Positions 52,457 to 62,998 of a stretch of 64,000 nucleotides of DNA are shown one piece after another (the stretch's first letter is position 1; each line of letters begins with the position of its first letter). The translations under genes were made by a program, and so were the position numbers. The DNA comes from Escherichia coli (lineage in GTDB: Bacteria; Pseudomonadota; Gammaproteobacteria; Enterobacterales; Enterobacteriaceae). The DNA is taken from NCBI RefSeq assembly GCF_029227855.1, contig NZ_CP074356.1; one strand, 5' to 3'. Under the pieces are notes generated by a model. That model had not been told where the DNA came from. It did not search any database and was given only the letters and a program-made list of their open reading frames with translations.

Positions 52457-53245
52457 ATGCAGGCCGAAATCCTTCTCACCCTTAAGCTCCAACAAAAATT
52501 ATTCGCCGACCCGCGCCGCATTTCGCTACTAAAACACATTGCGCTTTCCGGTTCCATTAGCCAGGGAGCGAAAGATGCCGGTATCAGCTATAAAAGCGCC
52601 TGGGATGCCATTAACGAAATGAATCAGTTAAGTGAGCATATTCTGGTCGAGCGCGCAACAGGCGGTAAAGGTGGCGGCGGCGCAGTACTGACCCGCTATG
52701 GTCAGCGACTGATTCAGCTCTATGACTTACTGGCGCAAATCCAGCAAAAAGCCTTTGATGTGTTAAGTGACGATGACGCCCTGCCACTGAACAGCCTGCT
52801 GGCCGCGATCTCACGTTTTTCACTGCAAACCAGCGCCCGTAACCAGTGGTTCGGTACCATCACCGCCCGCGATCATGATGACGTTCAACAGCATGTTGAT
52901 GTCTTACTGGCTGATGGAAAAACACGCCTGAAAGTCGCAATTACCGCACAAAGCGGCGCGCGTCTGGGGCTGGATGAAGGCAAAGAAGTGTTGATATTGC
53001 TAAAAGCGCCGTGGGTAGGCATTACTCAGGACGAAGCTGTCGCACAAAACGCCGACAACCAATTACCGGGTATTATTAGTCATATTGAGCGCGGCGCAGA
53101 GCAGTGCGAAGTATTAATGGCGCTACCCGACGGGCAAACACTGTGCGCCACAGTGCCGGTAAATGAAGCGACTTCTCTTCAGCAAGGACAGAATGTCACG
53201 GCCTACTTTAATGCCGACAGCGTGATTATCGCCACGCTGTGCTAA
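52457..53245 (+). CDS. modE: Molybdate-responsive transcriptional regulator
   Basis: 262 aa with N-terminal HTH and tandem Mop/TOBE domains; matches ModE. Confidence 0.95.
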   Translation: MQAEILLTLKLQQKLFADPRRISLLKHIALSGSISQGAKDAGISYKSAWDAINEMNQLSEHILVERATGGKGGGGAVLTRYGQRLIQLYDLLAQIQQKAFDVLSDDDALPLNSLLAAISRFSLQTSARNQWFGTITARDHDDVQQHVDVLLADGKTRLKVAITAQSGARLGLDEGKEVLILLKAPWVGITQDEAVAQNADNQLPGIISHIERGAEQCEVLMALPDGQTLCATVPVNEATSLQQGQNVTAYFNADSVIIATLC

Positions 53246-53312
53246 GCGTGTTGACAATTTGTTATGAAACACGTATCCCTGTCAGTAATCTCTGCAAAAA
53301 ATGGGATATAAA

Positions 53313-54785
53313 ATGTCATCGTTGCAAATTTTGCAAGGCACGTTTCGTCTTAGCGACACAAAAACACTGCAATTGCCTCAGCTAACGTTAAACGCGGGTG
53401 ATAGTTGGGCGTTTGTCGGTTCGAATGGAAGCGGCAAGTCAGCGCTGGCCCGCGCGCTGGCGGGGGAACTTCCGCTTTTGAAAGGTGAACGGCAAAGCCA
53501 GTTTTCCCACATCACTCGTCTCTCCTTCGAGCAATTGCAAAAGCTCGTCAGCGACGAATGGCAGCGGAATAACACCGATATGCTCGGCCCTGGCGAAGAT
53601 GACACCGGGCGTACCACGGCTGAAATCATTCAGGATGAAGTAAAGGATACTCCGCGTTGCATGCAACTGGCGCAGCAGTTCGGTATTACCGCCCTCCTCG
53701 ACCGACGCTTTAAATACCTTTCCACTGGCGAGACGCGAAAAACCCTGCTGTGTCAGGCGCTGATGTCGGAGCCTGACTTGTTGATCCTTGATGAACCGTT
53801 CGATGGCCTGGATGTTGCCTCACGTCAGCAGCTGGCTGAGCTACTCGCCTCGTTACATCAGTCCGGTATTACTCTGGTACTGGTGCTCAATCGCTTCGAT
53901 GAGATCCCAGAATTTGTCCAGTTTGCTGGCGTGCTGGCGGATTGTACGTTAGCGGAAACTGGCGCTAAAGAGGAACTGCTCCAGCAAGCACTCGTCGCGC
54001 AACTGGCGCATAGCGAACAGCTTGAAGGTGTACAATTGCCGGAGCCGGATGAACCTTCAGCACGTCACGCCTTACCCGCCAACGAACCGCGCATTGTGCT
54101 GAGCAATGGCGTGGTTTCTTATAACGATCGCCCCATTCTTAATAACCTTAGCTGGCAGGTGAATCCAGGCGAGCACTGGCAAATTGTCGGGCCAAATGGC
54201 GCGGGAAAATCGACGTTATTAAGCCTGATTACTGGCGATCATCCGCAAGGTTACAGCAACGATTTGACGCTTTTCGGCCGACGTCGCGGCAGCGGCGAAA
54301 CCATCTGGGACATCAAAAAGCATATCGGTTACGTCAGCAGTAGTTTGCATCTGGATTACCGGGTCAGCACTACTGTGCGTAATGTGATTCTTTCTGGCTA
54401 TTTTGATTCGATTGGCATTTATCAGGCCGTTTCGGATCGCCAGCAAAAACTGGTGCAGCAGTGGCTGGATATTCTCGGCATTGATAAACGCACGGCTGAC
54501 GCTCCTTTCCATAGTCTTTCCTGGGGACAGCAGCGTCTGGCGCTGATCGTCCGTGCACTGGTGAAACATCCGACGTTGCTTATTCTCGATGAACCACTAC
54601 AGGGGCTTGATCCGCTCAATCGCCAGCTTATCCGCCGTTTTGTTGATGTGCTGATTAGCGAAGGTGAAACGCAATTGTTGTTTGTTTCGCACCACGCTGA
54701 AGATGCGCCTTCCTGTATTACCCATCGTCTTGAGTTCGTGCCGGACGGTGACTTTTATCGCTATGCGCTGACAAAAATAAACTGA
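53313..54785 (+). CDS. modF: ABC-type ATPase ModF (two ATP-binding domains)
   Basis: Internal ATG at 53313 gives 490 aa (MSSLQILQGTFRLSD…) with two Walker A motifs (GSNGSGKS, GPNGAGKS). Confidence 0.92.
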   Translation: MSSLQILQGTFRLSDTKTLQLPQLTLNAGDSWAFVGSNGSGKSALARALAGELPLLKGERQSQFSHITRLSFEQLQKLVSDEWQRNNTDMLGPGEDDTGRTTAEIIQDEVKDTPRCMQLAQQFGITALLDRRFKYLSTGETRKTLLCQALMSEPDLLILDEPFDGLDVASRQQLAELLASLHQSGITLVLVLNRFDEIPEFVQFAGVLADCTLAETGAKEELLQQALVAQLAHSEQLEGVQLPEPDEPSARHALPANEPRIVLSNGVVSYNDRPILNNLSWQVNPGEHWQIVGPNGAGKSTLLSLITGDHPQGYSNDLTLFGRRRGSGETIWDIKKHIGYVSSSLHLDYRVSTTVRNVILSGYFDSIGIYQAVSDRQQKLVQQWLDILGIDKRTADAPFHSLSWGQQRLALIVRALVKHPTLLILDEPLQGLDPLNRQLIRRFVDVLISEGETQLLFVSHHAEDAPSCITHRLEFVPDGDFYRYALTKIN

Positions 54786-54952
54786 GTCGGTAATGCTGAC
54801 TGTACCGGAGGCGGCCTAAGCGCCCTCTCCGGCCTAAAGTCCGACGCATCCAGGCATGAAACCGCGACTTTTTTCAGATAAAAAGCGCAATCATTCATAA
54901 ACCCTCTGTTTTATAATCACTTAATCGCGCATAAAAAACGGCTAAATTCTTG

Positions 54953-54968
54953 TGTAAACGATTCCACT
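54953..54968. promoter_or_regulatory. gal operator OE (GalR/GalS site)
   Basis: gtgtaaacgattccac upstream of the galE promoters. Confidence 0.7.
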
Positions 54969-55045
54969 AATTTATTCCATGTCACACTTTTCGCATCTTT
55001 GTTATGCTATGGTTATTTCATACCATAAGCCTAATGGAGCGAATT

Positions 55046-56062
55046 ATGAGAGTTCTGGTTACCGGTGGTAGCGGTTACATTGGAAGTCATACCTGTGTGC
55101 AATTACTGCAAAACGGTCATGATGTCATCATTCTTGATAACCTCTGTAACAGTAAGCGCAGCGTACTGCCCGTTATCGAGCGTTTAGGCGGCAAACATCC
55201 AACGTTTGTTGAAGGCGATATCCGTAACGAAGCGTTGATGACCGAGATCCTGCACGATCACGCTATCGACACCGTGATCCACTTCGCCGGGCTGAAAGCC
55301 GTTGGCGAATCGGTACAAAAACCGCTGGAATATTACGACAACAATGTTAACGGCACCCTGCGCCTGATTAGCGCCATGCGCGCCGCGAACGTCAAAAACT
55401 TTATCTTTAGCTCCTCCGCCACCGTTTATGGCGATCAGCCCAAAATTCCATACGTTGAAAGCTTCCCGACCGGCACACCGCAAAGCCCTTACGGCAAAAG
55501 CAAACTGATGGTTGAACAGATCCTCACCGATCTGCAAAAAGCCCAGCCGGACTGGAGCATTGCCCTGCTGCGCTACTTCAACCCGGTTGGCGCGCATCCG
55601 TCGGGCGATATGGGCGAAGATCCGCAAGGCATTCCGAATAACCTGATGCCATACATCGCCCAGGTTGCTGTAGGCCGTCGCGACTCGCTGGCGATTTTTG
55701 GTAACGATTATCCGACTGAAGACGGTACTGGTGTACGCGATTACATCCACGTAATGGATCTGGCCGACGGTCACGTCGTGGCGATGGAAAAACTGGCGAA
55801 CAAGCCCGGCGTACACATCTACAACCTCGGCGCTGGCGTAGGCAGCAGCGTGCTGGACGTGGTTAATGCCTTCAGCAAAGCCTGCGGCAAACCGGTTAAC
55901 TATCATTTTGCACCGCGTCGCGAGGGCGACCTTCCGGCCTACTGGGCGGACGCCAGCAAAGCCGACCGTGAACTGAACTGGCGCGTGACGCGCACACTCG
56001 ATGAAATGGCGCAGGACACCTGGCACTGGCAGTCACGCCATCCACAGGGATATCCCGATTAA
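55046..56062 (+). CDS. galE: UDP-glucose 4-epimerase
   Basis: Internal ATG at 55046 gives 338 aa (MRVLVTGGSGYIGSHT… Rossmann motif). Confidence 0.97.
   Translation: MRVLVTGGSGYIGSHTCVQLLQNGHDVIILDNLCNSKRSVLPVIERLGGKHPTFVEGDIRNEALMTEILHDHAIDTVIHFAGLKAVGESVQKPLEYYDNNVNGTLRLISAMRAANVKNFIFSSSATVYGDQPKIPYVESFPTGTPQSPYGKSKLMVEQILTDLQKAQPDWSIALLRYFNPVGAHPSGDMGEDPQGIPNNLMPYIAQVAVGRRDSLAIFGNDYPTEDGTGVRDYIHVMDLADGHVVAMEKLANKPGVHIYNLGAGVGSSVLDVVNAFSKACGKPVNYHFAPRREGDLPAYWADASKADRELNWRVTRTLDEMAQDTWHWQSRHPQGYPD
55065..55080. promoter_or_regulatory. gal operator OI (internal GalR/GalS site within galE)
   Basis: gtggtagcggttacat inside the galE 5' coding region, as described for the gal operon. Confidence 0.7.
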
Positions 56063-56071
56063 GGAACGACC

Positions 56072-57118
56072 ATGACGCAATTTAATCCCGTTGATCATCC
56101 ACATCGCCGCTATAACCCGCTCACCGGGCAATGGATTCTGGTTTCACCGCACCGCGCTAAGCGCCCCTGGCAGGGGGCGCAGGAAACGCCAGCCAAACAG
56201 GTGTTACCTGCGCACGATCCAGATTGCTTCCTCTGCGCAGGTAATGTGCGGGTGACAGGCGATAAAAACCCCGATTACACCGGGACTTACGTTTTCACTA
56301 ATGACTTTGCGGCCTTGATGTCTGACACGCCAGATGCGCCAGAAAGCAACGATCCGCTGATGCGTTGCCAGAGCGCGCGCGGTACCAGCCGGGTGATCTG
56401 CTTTTCACCGGATCACAGTAAAACGTTGCCAGAACTCAGCGTTGCGGCATTGACGGAAATCGTCAAAACCTGGCAGGAGCAAACCGCAGAACTGGGGAAA
56501 ACATACCCATGGGTGCAGGTCTTTGAAAACAAAGGTGCGGCGATGGGCTGCTCTAACCCGCATCCGCACGGACAGATTTGGGCAAATAGCTTCCTGCCTA
56601 ACGAAGCTGAGCGTGAAGACCGCCTGCAAAAAGAATATTTTGCCGAACAGAAATCACCAATGCTGGTGGATTATGTTCAGCGCGAGCTGGCAGACGGTAG
56701 CCGTACCGTTGTCGAAACCGAACACTGGTTAGCCGTTGTGCCTTACTGGGCTGCCTGGCCGTTCGAAACGCTACTGCTGCCCAAAGCCCACGTTTTGCGG
56801 ATCACCGATTTGACCGACGCCCAGCGCAGCGATTTGGCGCTGGCGTTGAAAAAGCTGACCAGTCGTTATGACAACCTCTTCCAGTGCTCCTTCCCCTACT
56901 CTATGGGCTGGCACGGCGCGCCATTTAATGGCGAAGAGAATCAACACTGGCAGCTGCACGCGCACTTTTATCCGCCTCTGTTGCGCTCCGCCACCGTACG
57001 TAAATTTATGGTTGGTTATGAAATGCTGGCAGAGACCCAGCGAGACCTGACCGCAGAACAGGCAGCAGAGCGTTTGCGCGCAGTCAGCGATATCCATTTT
57101 CGCGAATCCGGAGTGTAA
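56072..57118 (+). CDS. galT: Galactose-1-phosphate uridylyltransferase
   Basis: 348 aa with HPHGQ active-site motif. Confidence 0.97.
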   Translation: MTQFNPVDHPHRRYNPLTGQWILVSPHRAKRPWQGAQETPAKQVLPAHDPDCFLCAGNVRVTGDKNPDYTGTYVFTNDFAALMSDTPDAPESNDPLMRCQSARGTSRVICFSPDHSKTLPELSVAALTEIVKTWQEQTAELGKTYPWVQVFENKGAAMGCSNPHPHGQIWANSFLPNEAEREDRLQKEYFAEQKSPMLVDYVQRELADGSRTVVETEHWLAVVPYWAAWPFETLLLPKAHVLRITDLTDAQRSDLALALKKLTSRYDNLFQCSFPYSMGWHGAPFNGEENQHWQLHAHFYPPLLRSATVRKFMVGYEMLAETQRDLTAEQAAERLRAVSDIHFRESGV

Positions 57119-57121
57119 GAA

Positions 57122-58270
57122 ATGAGTCTGAAAGAAAAAACACAATCTCTGTTTGCCAACGCATTTGGCTACCCTGCCACTCACACCATTCAGGCGCCTG
57201 GCCGCGTGAATTTGATTGGTGAACACACCGACTACAACGACGGTTTCGTTCTGCCCTGCGCGATTGATTATCAAACCGTGATCAGTTGTGCACCACGCGA
57301 TGACCGTAAAGTTCGCGTGATGGCAGCCGATTATGAAAATCAGCTCGACGAGTTTTCCCTCGATGCGCCCATTGTCGCACATGAAAGCTATCAGTGGGCT
57401 AACTACGTTCGTGGCGTGGTGAAACATCTGCAACTGCGTAACAACAGCTTCGGCGGCGTGGACATGGTGATCAGCGGCAATGTTCCGCAGGGTGCCGGGT
57501 TAAGTTCTTCCGCTTCACTGGAAGTCGCGGTCGGAACCGTATTGCAGCAGCTTTATCATTTGCCGCTGGACGGCGCACAAATCGCGCTTAACGGTCAGGA
57601 AGCAGAAAACCAGTTTGTTGGCTGTAACTGCGGGATCATGGATCAGCTAATTTCCGCACTCGGCAAGAAAGATCATGCCTTGCTGATTGACTGCCGCTCA
57701 CTGGGGACTAAAGCAGTCTCCATGCCGAAAGGTGTGGCTGTCGTCATCATTAACAGTAACTTCAAACGTACCCTGGTTGGCAGCGAATACAACACCCGTC
57801 GTGAACAGTGCGAAACCGGTGCGCGTTTCTTCCAGCAGCCAGCGCTGCGCGATGTCACCATTGAAGAGTTCAACGCTGTTGCGCATGAACTGGACCCAAT
57901 CGTGGCGAAACGCGTGCGTCATATCCTGACTGAAAACGCCCGCACCGTTGAAGCTGCCAGCGCGCTGGAGCAAGGCGACCTGAAACGTATGGGCGAGTTG
58001 ATGGCGGAGTCTCATGCCTCTATGCGCGATGATTTCGAAATCACCGTGCCGCAAATTGACACTCTGGTAGAAATCGTCAAAGCTGTGATTGGTGACAAAG
58101 GTGGCGTACGCATGACCGGCGGCGGATTTGGCGGCTGTATCGTCGCGCTGATCCCGGAAGAGCTGGTGCCTGCCGTACAGCAAGCTGTCGCTGAACAATA
58201 TGAAGCAAAAACAGGTATTAAAGAGACTTTTTACGTTTGTAAACCATCACAAGGAGCAGGACAGTGCTGA
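57122..58270 (+). CDS. galK: Galactokinase
   Basis: 382 aa with GHMP kinase motifs ([11 protein letters not shown]). Confidence 0.97.
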   Translation: MSLKEKTQSLFANAFGYPATHTIQAPGRVNLIGEHTDYNDGFVLPCAIDYQTVISCAPRDDRKVRVMAADYENQLDEFSLDAPIVAHESYQWANYVRGVVKHLQLRNNSFGGVDMVISGNVPQGAGLSSSASLEVAVGTVLQQLYHLPLDGAQIALNGQEAENQFVGCNCGIMDQLISALGKKDHALLIDCRSLGTKAVSMPKGVAVVIINSNFKRTLVGSEYNTRREQCETGARFFQQPALRDVTIEEFNAVAHELDPIVAKRVRHILTENARTVEAASALEQGDLKRMGELMAESHASMRDDFEITVPQIDTLVEIVKAVIGDKGGVRMTGGGFGGCIVALIPEELVPAVQQAVAEQYEAKTGIKETFYVCKPSQGAGQC

Positions 58271-59304
58271 ACGAAACTCCCGCACTGGCACCCGATGGTC
58301 AGCCGTACCGACTGTTAACTTTGCGTAACAACGCAGGGATGGTAGTCACGCTGATGGACTGGGGTGCGACTTTACTTTCAGCCCGTATTCCGCTTTCCGA
58401 TGGCAGCGTCCGCGAGGCGCTGCTCGGCTGTGCCAGCCCGGAATGCTATCAGGATCAGGCCGCGTTTCTGGGGGCCTCTATTGGTCGTTATGCCAACCGT
58501 ATCGCCAATAGCCGTTATACCTTTGACGGTGAAACCGTGACGCTTTCGCCAAGTCAGGGCGTTAACCAGCTGCACGGCGGCCCGGAAGGGTTCGACAAAC
58601 GTCGCTGGCAGATTGTGAACCAGAACGATCGTCAGGTACTGTTTGCCCTGAGTTCAGATGATGGCGATCAGGGCTTCCCGGGTAATCTCGGTGCGACGGT
58701 GCAATATCGTCTGACCGACGATAACCGTATCTCCATTACTTATCGCGCCACAGTTGATAAACCTTGCCCGGTGAATATGACTAATCACGTCTATTTCAAT
58801 CTTGACGGCGAGCAGTCTGACGTGCGCAATCACAAGTTGCAGATTCTGGCGGACGAATATCTGCCGGTTGATGAAGGCGGCATTCCGCTCGACGGCCTGA
58901 AATCTGTCGCCGGAACGTCTTTTGATTTCCGCAGCGCCAAAATCATCGCCAGTGAGTTTCTTGCCGACGACGATCAGCGCAAAGTGAAAGGTTACGATCA
59001 CGCATTCTTGTTACAGGCCAAAGGCGATGGCAAGAAAGTGGCGGCGCATGTCTGGTCAGCAGATGAAAAATTGCAGCTGAAGGTCTACACCACCGCTCCG
59101 GCTCTGCAATTCTACTCCGGCAACTTCCTCGGCGGCACACCTTCGCGGGGAACCGAACCTTACGCCGACTGGCATGGGCTGGCTCTGGAAAGCGAGTTTC
59201 TGCCGGACAGCCCGAACCACCCTGAATGGCCGCAACCGGACTGCTTCCTGCGTCCTGGCGAAGAGTATTCCAGCCTGACGGAATATCAGTTTATTGCTGA
59301 GTAA
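58264..59304 (+). CDS. galM: Aldose 1-epimerase (galactose mutarotase)
   Basis: 346-aa ORF matching GalM; overlaps the galK stop. Confidence 0.95.
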   Translation: MLNETPALAPDGQPYRLLTLRNNAGMVVTLMDWGATLLSARIPLSDGSVREALLGCASPECYQDQAAFLGASIGRYANRIANSRYTFDGETVTLSPSQGVNQLHGGPEGFDKRRWQIVNQNDRQVLFALSSDDGDQGFPGNLGATVQYRLTDDNRISITYRATVDKPCPVNMTNHVYFNLDGEQSDVRNHKLQILADEYLPVDEGGIPLDGLKSVAGTSFDFRSAKIIASEFLADDDQRKVKGYDHAFLLQAKGDGKKVAAHVWSADEKLQLKVYTTAPALQFYSGNFLGGTPSRGTEPYADWHGLALESEFLPDSPNHPEWPQPDCFLRPGEEYSSLTEYQFIAE

Positions 59305-59308
59305 TGTT

Positions 59309-59329
59309 AAGCCCTCGTCATGAGGGCTT
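59309..59329 (+). terminator. Terminator-like hairpin after galM
   Basis: aagccctcgtcatgagggctt inverted repeat directly after the galM stop; weak T-tract. Confidence 0.4.
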
Positions 59330-59457
59330 TATCTTCATATTGTTCAAATCACCAGCGAACACCGACATATTTGCAACTCAATATTCACAACAACCTTACA
59401 CTGCGACACTATTTTCGCTATGGTTATGCGTAAGCATTGCTGTTGCTTCGTCACGGC

Positions 59458-59482
59458 AATATAATGAGAATTATTATCATTA
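59458..59482. promoter_or_regulatory. Fur box-like sequence upstream of gpmA
   Basis: aatataatgagaattattatcatt resembles the Fur consensus; gpmA is reported to be Fur-regulated. Confidence 0.4.
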
Positions 59483-59506
59483 AAAGATGATTTGAGGAGT
59501 AAGTAT

Positions 59507-60259
59507 ATGGCTGTAACTAAGCTGGTTCTGGTTCGTCATGGCGAAAGTCAGTGGAACAAAGAAAACCGTTTCACCGGTTGGTACGACGTGGATCTGTCTG
59601 AGAAAGGCGTAAGCGAAGCAAAAGCAGCAGGTAAGCTGCTGAAAGAGGAAGGTTACAGCTTTGACTTTGCTTACACCTCTGTGCTGAAACGCGCTATTCA
59701 TACCCTGTGGAATGTGCTGGACGAACTGGATCAGGCATGGCTGCCCGTTGAGAAATCCTGGAAACTGAACGAACGTCACTACGGTGCGTTGCAGGGTCTG
59801 AACAAAGCGGAAACCGCTGAAAAGTATGGCGACGAGCAGGTGAAACAATGGCGTCGTGGTTTTGCGGTGACTCCGCCGGAACTGACTAAAGATGATGAGC
59901 GTTATCCGGGTCACGATCCCCGTTACGCGAAACTGAGCGAGAAAGAACTGCCGCTAACGGAAAGCCTGGCGCTGACCATTGACCGCGTGATCCCTTACTG
60001 GAATGAAACTATTCTACCGCGTATGAAGAGCGGTGAGCGCGTCATCATCGCTGCACACGGTAACTCGTTACGTGCGCTGGTGAAATATCTTGATAACATG
60101 AGCGAAGAAGAGATTCTTGAGCTGAATATCCCGACTGGCGTGCCGCTGGTTTATGAGTTTGACGAGAACTTCAAACCGCTGAAACGCTATTATCTGGGTA
60201 ATGCTGACGAGATCGCGGCGAAAGCAGCGGCCGTTGCAAACCAGGGTAAAGCGAAGTAA
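59507..60259 (+). CDS. gpmA: 2,3-bisphosphoglycerate-dependent phosphoglycerate mutase
   Basis: Internal ATG at 59507 gives 250 aa ([17 protein letters not shown] with the RHG catalytic motif). Confidence 0.97.
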
Positions 60260-60285
60260 ACGTCATTCGTTTAAAAAATAAATAT

Positions 60286-60311
60286 CCTCCGGCATAGCCG
60301 GAGGTTTTTCA
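60286..60311 (+). terminator. Intrinsic terminator after gpmA
   Basis: cctccggc-ata-gccggagg hairpin followed by TTTTTC, about 27 nt after the gpmA stop. Confidence 0.55.
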
Positions 60312-61026
60312 AATGCGCCTATAAGGCTCTCTTACCAGCCGCGCCCTAACAGGCGCACACGATCTGACATTTGCATCCAACTTCGTTACTTACGGCCCGT
60401 AAACGGGCTGCCCGGATAGGGAATCGATAACTGCTCTCCCATTTTATCCTCTTCAAGCTGGTGCTTTATGTAATCCTGTATCTTCGCCGTGTTCTTACCC
60501 ACTGTATCGACGTAGTACCCTCTGCACCAGAACTCCCTGTTCCTGTATTTGAATTTCAAATCACCAAACTGCTCGTAAAGCATCAGACTGCTTTTCCCTT
60601 TCAGATATCCCATAAACCCGGATACGCTCATTTTGGGCGGGATCTCCACAAGCATATGGATATGATCTGCACAGCATTCAGCTTCCAGAATCCGTACGCT
60701 TTTCCACTCACACAGCTTTCTCAAAATACTGCCTATTGCTCTACGCTTCTCTCTGTAGAACACCTGTCTTCGGTATTTTGGCGCAAAAACTATGTGATAT
60801 TTACAGTTCCATCGGGTGTGCGCTAAGCTCTTTTCGTTCCCCATTGGGACCCCCTTTTGATTTCTTGTTTGACACTTGCAGTTGCCAGACCGCAAAGTGT
60901 TTTAACAAATCAAAAGGGGTTTTAATAACTGGCTCAAAGCTGAAAGCTTTCCGGAACCCCCAGCCTAGCTGGGGGTTTTCTGTGCACAATGAGAAAGCCG
61001 ACTGCAAGTGAGTCGGCTTTTTTGTT
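60311..61026 (-). mobile_element. IS200-type insertion sequence (IS200/IS605 family), about 0.7 kb, termini approximate
   Basis: Contains a 152-aa Y1 HuH transposase and, upstream of it, the two IS200 hallmarks: an RBS-sequestering stem-loop (60852-60920) and a terminator-like hairpin (60955-60977); the gpmA-aroG spacer is about 0.7 kb longer than two native terminators/REPs would need. Confidence 0.7.
60386..60844 (-). CDS. tnpA: IS200 transposase TnpA (Y1 HuH transposase)
   Basis: Internal ATG at 60844 gives 152 aa MGNEKSLAHTRWNCKYHIVFAPKYRRQVFY… with the HxH motif (ADHIHMLVEIPP) and a catalytic Tyr region; near-identical to the IS200 TnpA as remembered. Confidence 0.92.
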   Translation of the reverse strand: MGNEKSLAHTRWNCKYHIVFAPKYRRQVFYREKRRAIGSILRKLCEWKSVRILEAECCADHIHMLVEIPPKMSVSGFMGYLKGKSSLMLYEQFGDLKFKYRNREFWCRGYYVDTVGKNTAKIQDYIKHQLEEDKMGEQLSIPYPGSPFTGRK

Positions 61027-61052
61027 TGTCGTTGCTAACAATGGAGCACATT

Positions 61053-61126
61053 GCCTGATGCGACGCTGCGCGTCTTGTCAGGGCTACGGTGATTCATCGG
61101 ATACGCCACTCTGACGGCGCATCCGA
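61053..61126. repeat. REP-like palindromic units downstream of aroG
   Basis: gcctgatgcgacgctgcgcgtcttgtcagggctac and cggatacgccactctgacggcgcatccg resemble REP consensus units. Confidence 0.5.
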
Positions 61127-61136
61127 CAATTAAACC

Positions 61137-62189
61137 TTACCCGCGACGCGCTTTTACTGCATTCGCCAGTTGACGTAACAGAGCATCGGTATCTTCCCAG
61201 CCGATGCAGGCATCAGTGATGCTCTTGCCATAGGCCAGCGGTTCCCCACTCTCGAGGCTCTGATTGCCTTCCACCAGATGGCTTTCCACCATCACGCCAA
61301 TAATGGCCTTTTCGCCACCGGCAATCTGCTGGCAAACGTCAGCACAAACATCCATCTGCTTTTTAAATTGTTTTGACGAGTTAGCATGGCTGAAATCGAT
61401 CATCACCTGTGCTGGCAGGCCTGCTTTGTTCAGCCCTTCTTTCACTTCAGCAACGTGCTTCGCGCTGTAGTTAGGCTCTTTACCGCCGCGCAGAATGATA
61501 TGGCAATCGCCGTTACCGCTGGTATTCACAATCGCCGAATGCCCCCATTTCGTTACGGACAGGAAGCAGTGCGGCGCACCGGCGGCATTAATGGCATCGA
61601 TAGCCACTTTAATCGTACCATCAGTGCCATTTTTGAAGCCTACCGGGCAAGAAAGCCCTGATGCCAGTTCGCGGTGCACCTGCGATTCCGTAGTACGTGC
61701 GCCAATTGCGCCCCAGCTCATCAGGTCAGCGAGATACTGCGGGGTGATCATATCGAGAAATTCACCCGCTGCTGGCAAACCGCTGTCGTTAATATCAAGC
61801 AGCAATTTACGGGCAATACGCAGACCGTCGTTGATCTGGAAGCTGTTATCCATATGCGGATCATTAATCAGCCCTTTCCAGCCCACAGTGGTACGCGGCT
61901 TTTCAAAATAGACGCGCATCACGATTTCCAGCTCATCTTGCAGCTCTTCACGCAGCGTCAGCAAGCGAGTGGCATACTCTTTAGCCGCGACAGGATCATG
62001 AATTGAGCACGGACCAATCACCACCAACAGGCGATCATCATTACCTTTCAGGATCTTATGGATCTCTTTTCGGGCATGGGCGACCGTATTCGCGGCATTT
62101 TCAGTAGCGGGGAATTTTTCCAGCAATGCGACAGGAGGAAGTAACTCTTTGATTTCTTTGATGCGTAAATCGTCGTTCTGATAATTCAT
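61137..62189 (-). CDS. aroG: Phe-sensitive 3-deoxy-7-phosphoheptulonate (DAHP) synthase
   Basis: 350-aa ORF starting MNYQNDDLRIKEIKELLPP; matches AroG. Confidence 0.97.
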   Translation of the reverse strand: MNYQNDDLRIKEIKELLPPVALLEKFPATENAANTVAHARKEIHKILKGNDDRLLVVIGPCSIHDPVAAKEYATRLLTLREELQDELEIVMRVYFEKPRTTVGWKGLINDPHMDNSFQINDGLRIARKLLLDINDSGLPAAGEFLDMITPQYLADLMSWGAIGARTTESQVHRELASGLSCPVGFKNGTDGTIKVAIDAINAAGAPHCFLSVTKWGHSAIVNTSGNGDCHIILRGGKEPNYSAKHVAEVKEGLNKAGLPAQVMIDFSHANSSKQFKKQMDVCADVCQQIAGGEKAIIGVMVESHLVEGNQSLESGEPLAYGKSITDACIGWEDTDALLRQLANAVKARRG

Positions 62190-62257
62190 GTCTGTTCCAG
62201 TGTTGCCATACTTATCTTAGTGAATGCAATACTTCCAATCTATATCTTCCGTCAGAA

Positions 62258-62275
62258 TGTGTAAACGGGGTTTTA
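62258..62275. promoter_or_regulatory. TyrR box in the aroG promoter
   Basis: tgtaaacggggttttaca matches TGTAAA-N6-TTTACA about 70 bp upstream of the aroG start. Confidence 0.65.
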
Positions 62276-62504
62276 CACTATGAACGGATTAATCCTGGAA
62301 TTAGCAAGAAAAACGCCAGATTGTCGCGAAAAACGAGATCTCTCCTACAATTTCTAACTGTAACTCCTTTGTTTGTTAATTATTTCAAGATTCTCTGCTG
62401 GATATCTTTGCCTGGCTGAAATCTTAAACCATTGCCTTATATTCACCTGCAAATGCACTGTTGGAAGAGGTTATCCGACATAACGACCATAACAGGAGCA
62501 TCCT

Positions 62505-62885
62505 ATGAAAATGACAAAACTGGCCACACTATTTTTGACTGCCACTCTAAGCCTTGCCAGCGGTGCCACACTGGCTGCCGATAGCGGAGCGCAAAGCAAT
62601 AACGGCCAGGCAAACGCCGCAGCTGATGCGGGCCAGGTAGCCCCTGATGCCCGTGAAAATGTCGCGCCAAATAACGTCGACAATAACGGGGTAAATACCG
62701 GCTCTGGCGGCACAATGCTGCATCCGGATGGTTCTTCAATGAACAATGACGGCATGACCAAAGATGAAGAGCACAAGAACACCATGTGCAAAGATGGTCG
62801 CTGCCCGGATATCAATAAAAAAGTCCAAACCGGTGATGGCATCAACAATGATGTCGATACCAAAACCGACGGTACCACGCAGTAA
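62505..62885 (+). CDS. ybgS: Secreted low-complexity protein YbgS
   Basis: 126 aa with signal peptide and Asn/Gly/Asp-rich low-complexity sequence; matches YbgS. Confidence 0.88.
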   Translation: MKMTKLATLFLTATLSLASGATLAADSGAQSNNGQANAAADAGQVAPDARENVAPNNVDNNGVNTGSGGTMLHPDGSSMNNDGMTKDEEHKNTMCKDGRCPDINKKVQTGDGINNDVDTKTDGTTQ

Positions 62886-62998
62886 CCCTGCGAAATAGCC
62901 AATAATGGGAGAGCGGAGTCTCTCCCTTTTAATTTTTCCCTTCTAAAAGCAGTATGATGTCATAAAGTTAAGTGAGAATAATTAAGGGATGACTCGTC

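Noticed and set aside
54786-54870. Possible REP element after modF
   Set aside because: Contains short palindromes (ggcctaagcgccctctccggcc), but the match to REP consensus is too weak to call by eye.
55184-56026. 280-aa minus-strand ORF inside galE
   Set aside because: Antisense to galE, whose frame carries the Rossmann motif and matches the known protein.
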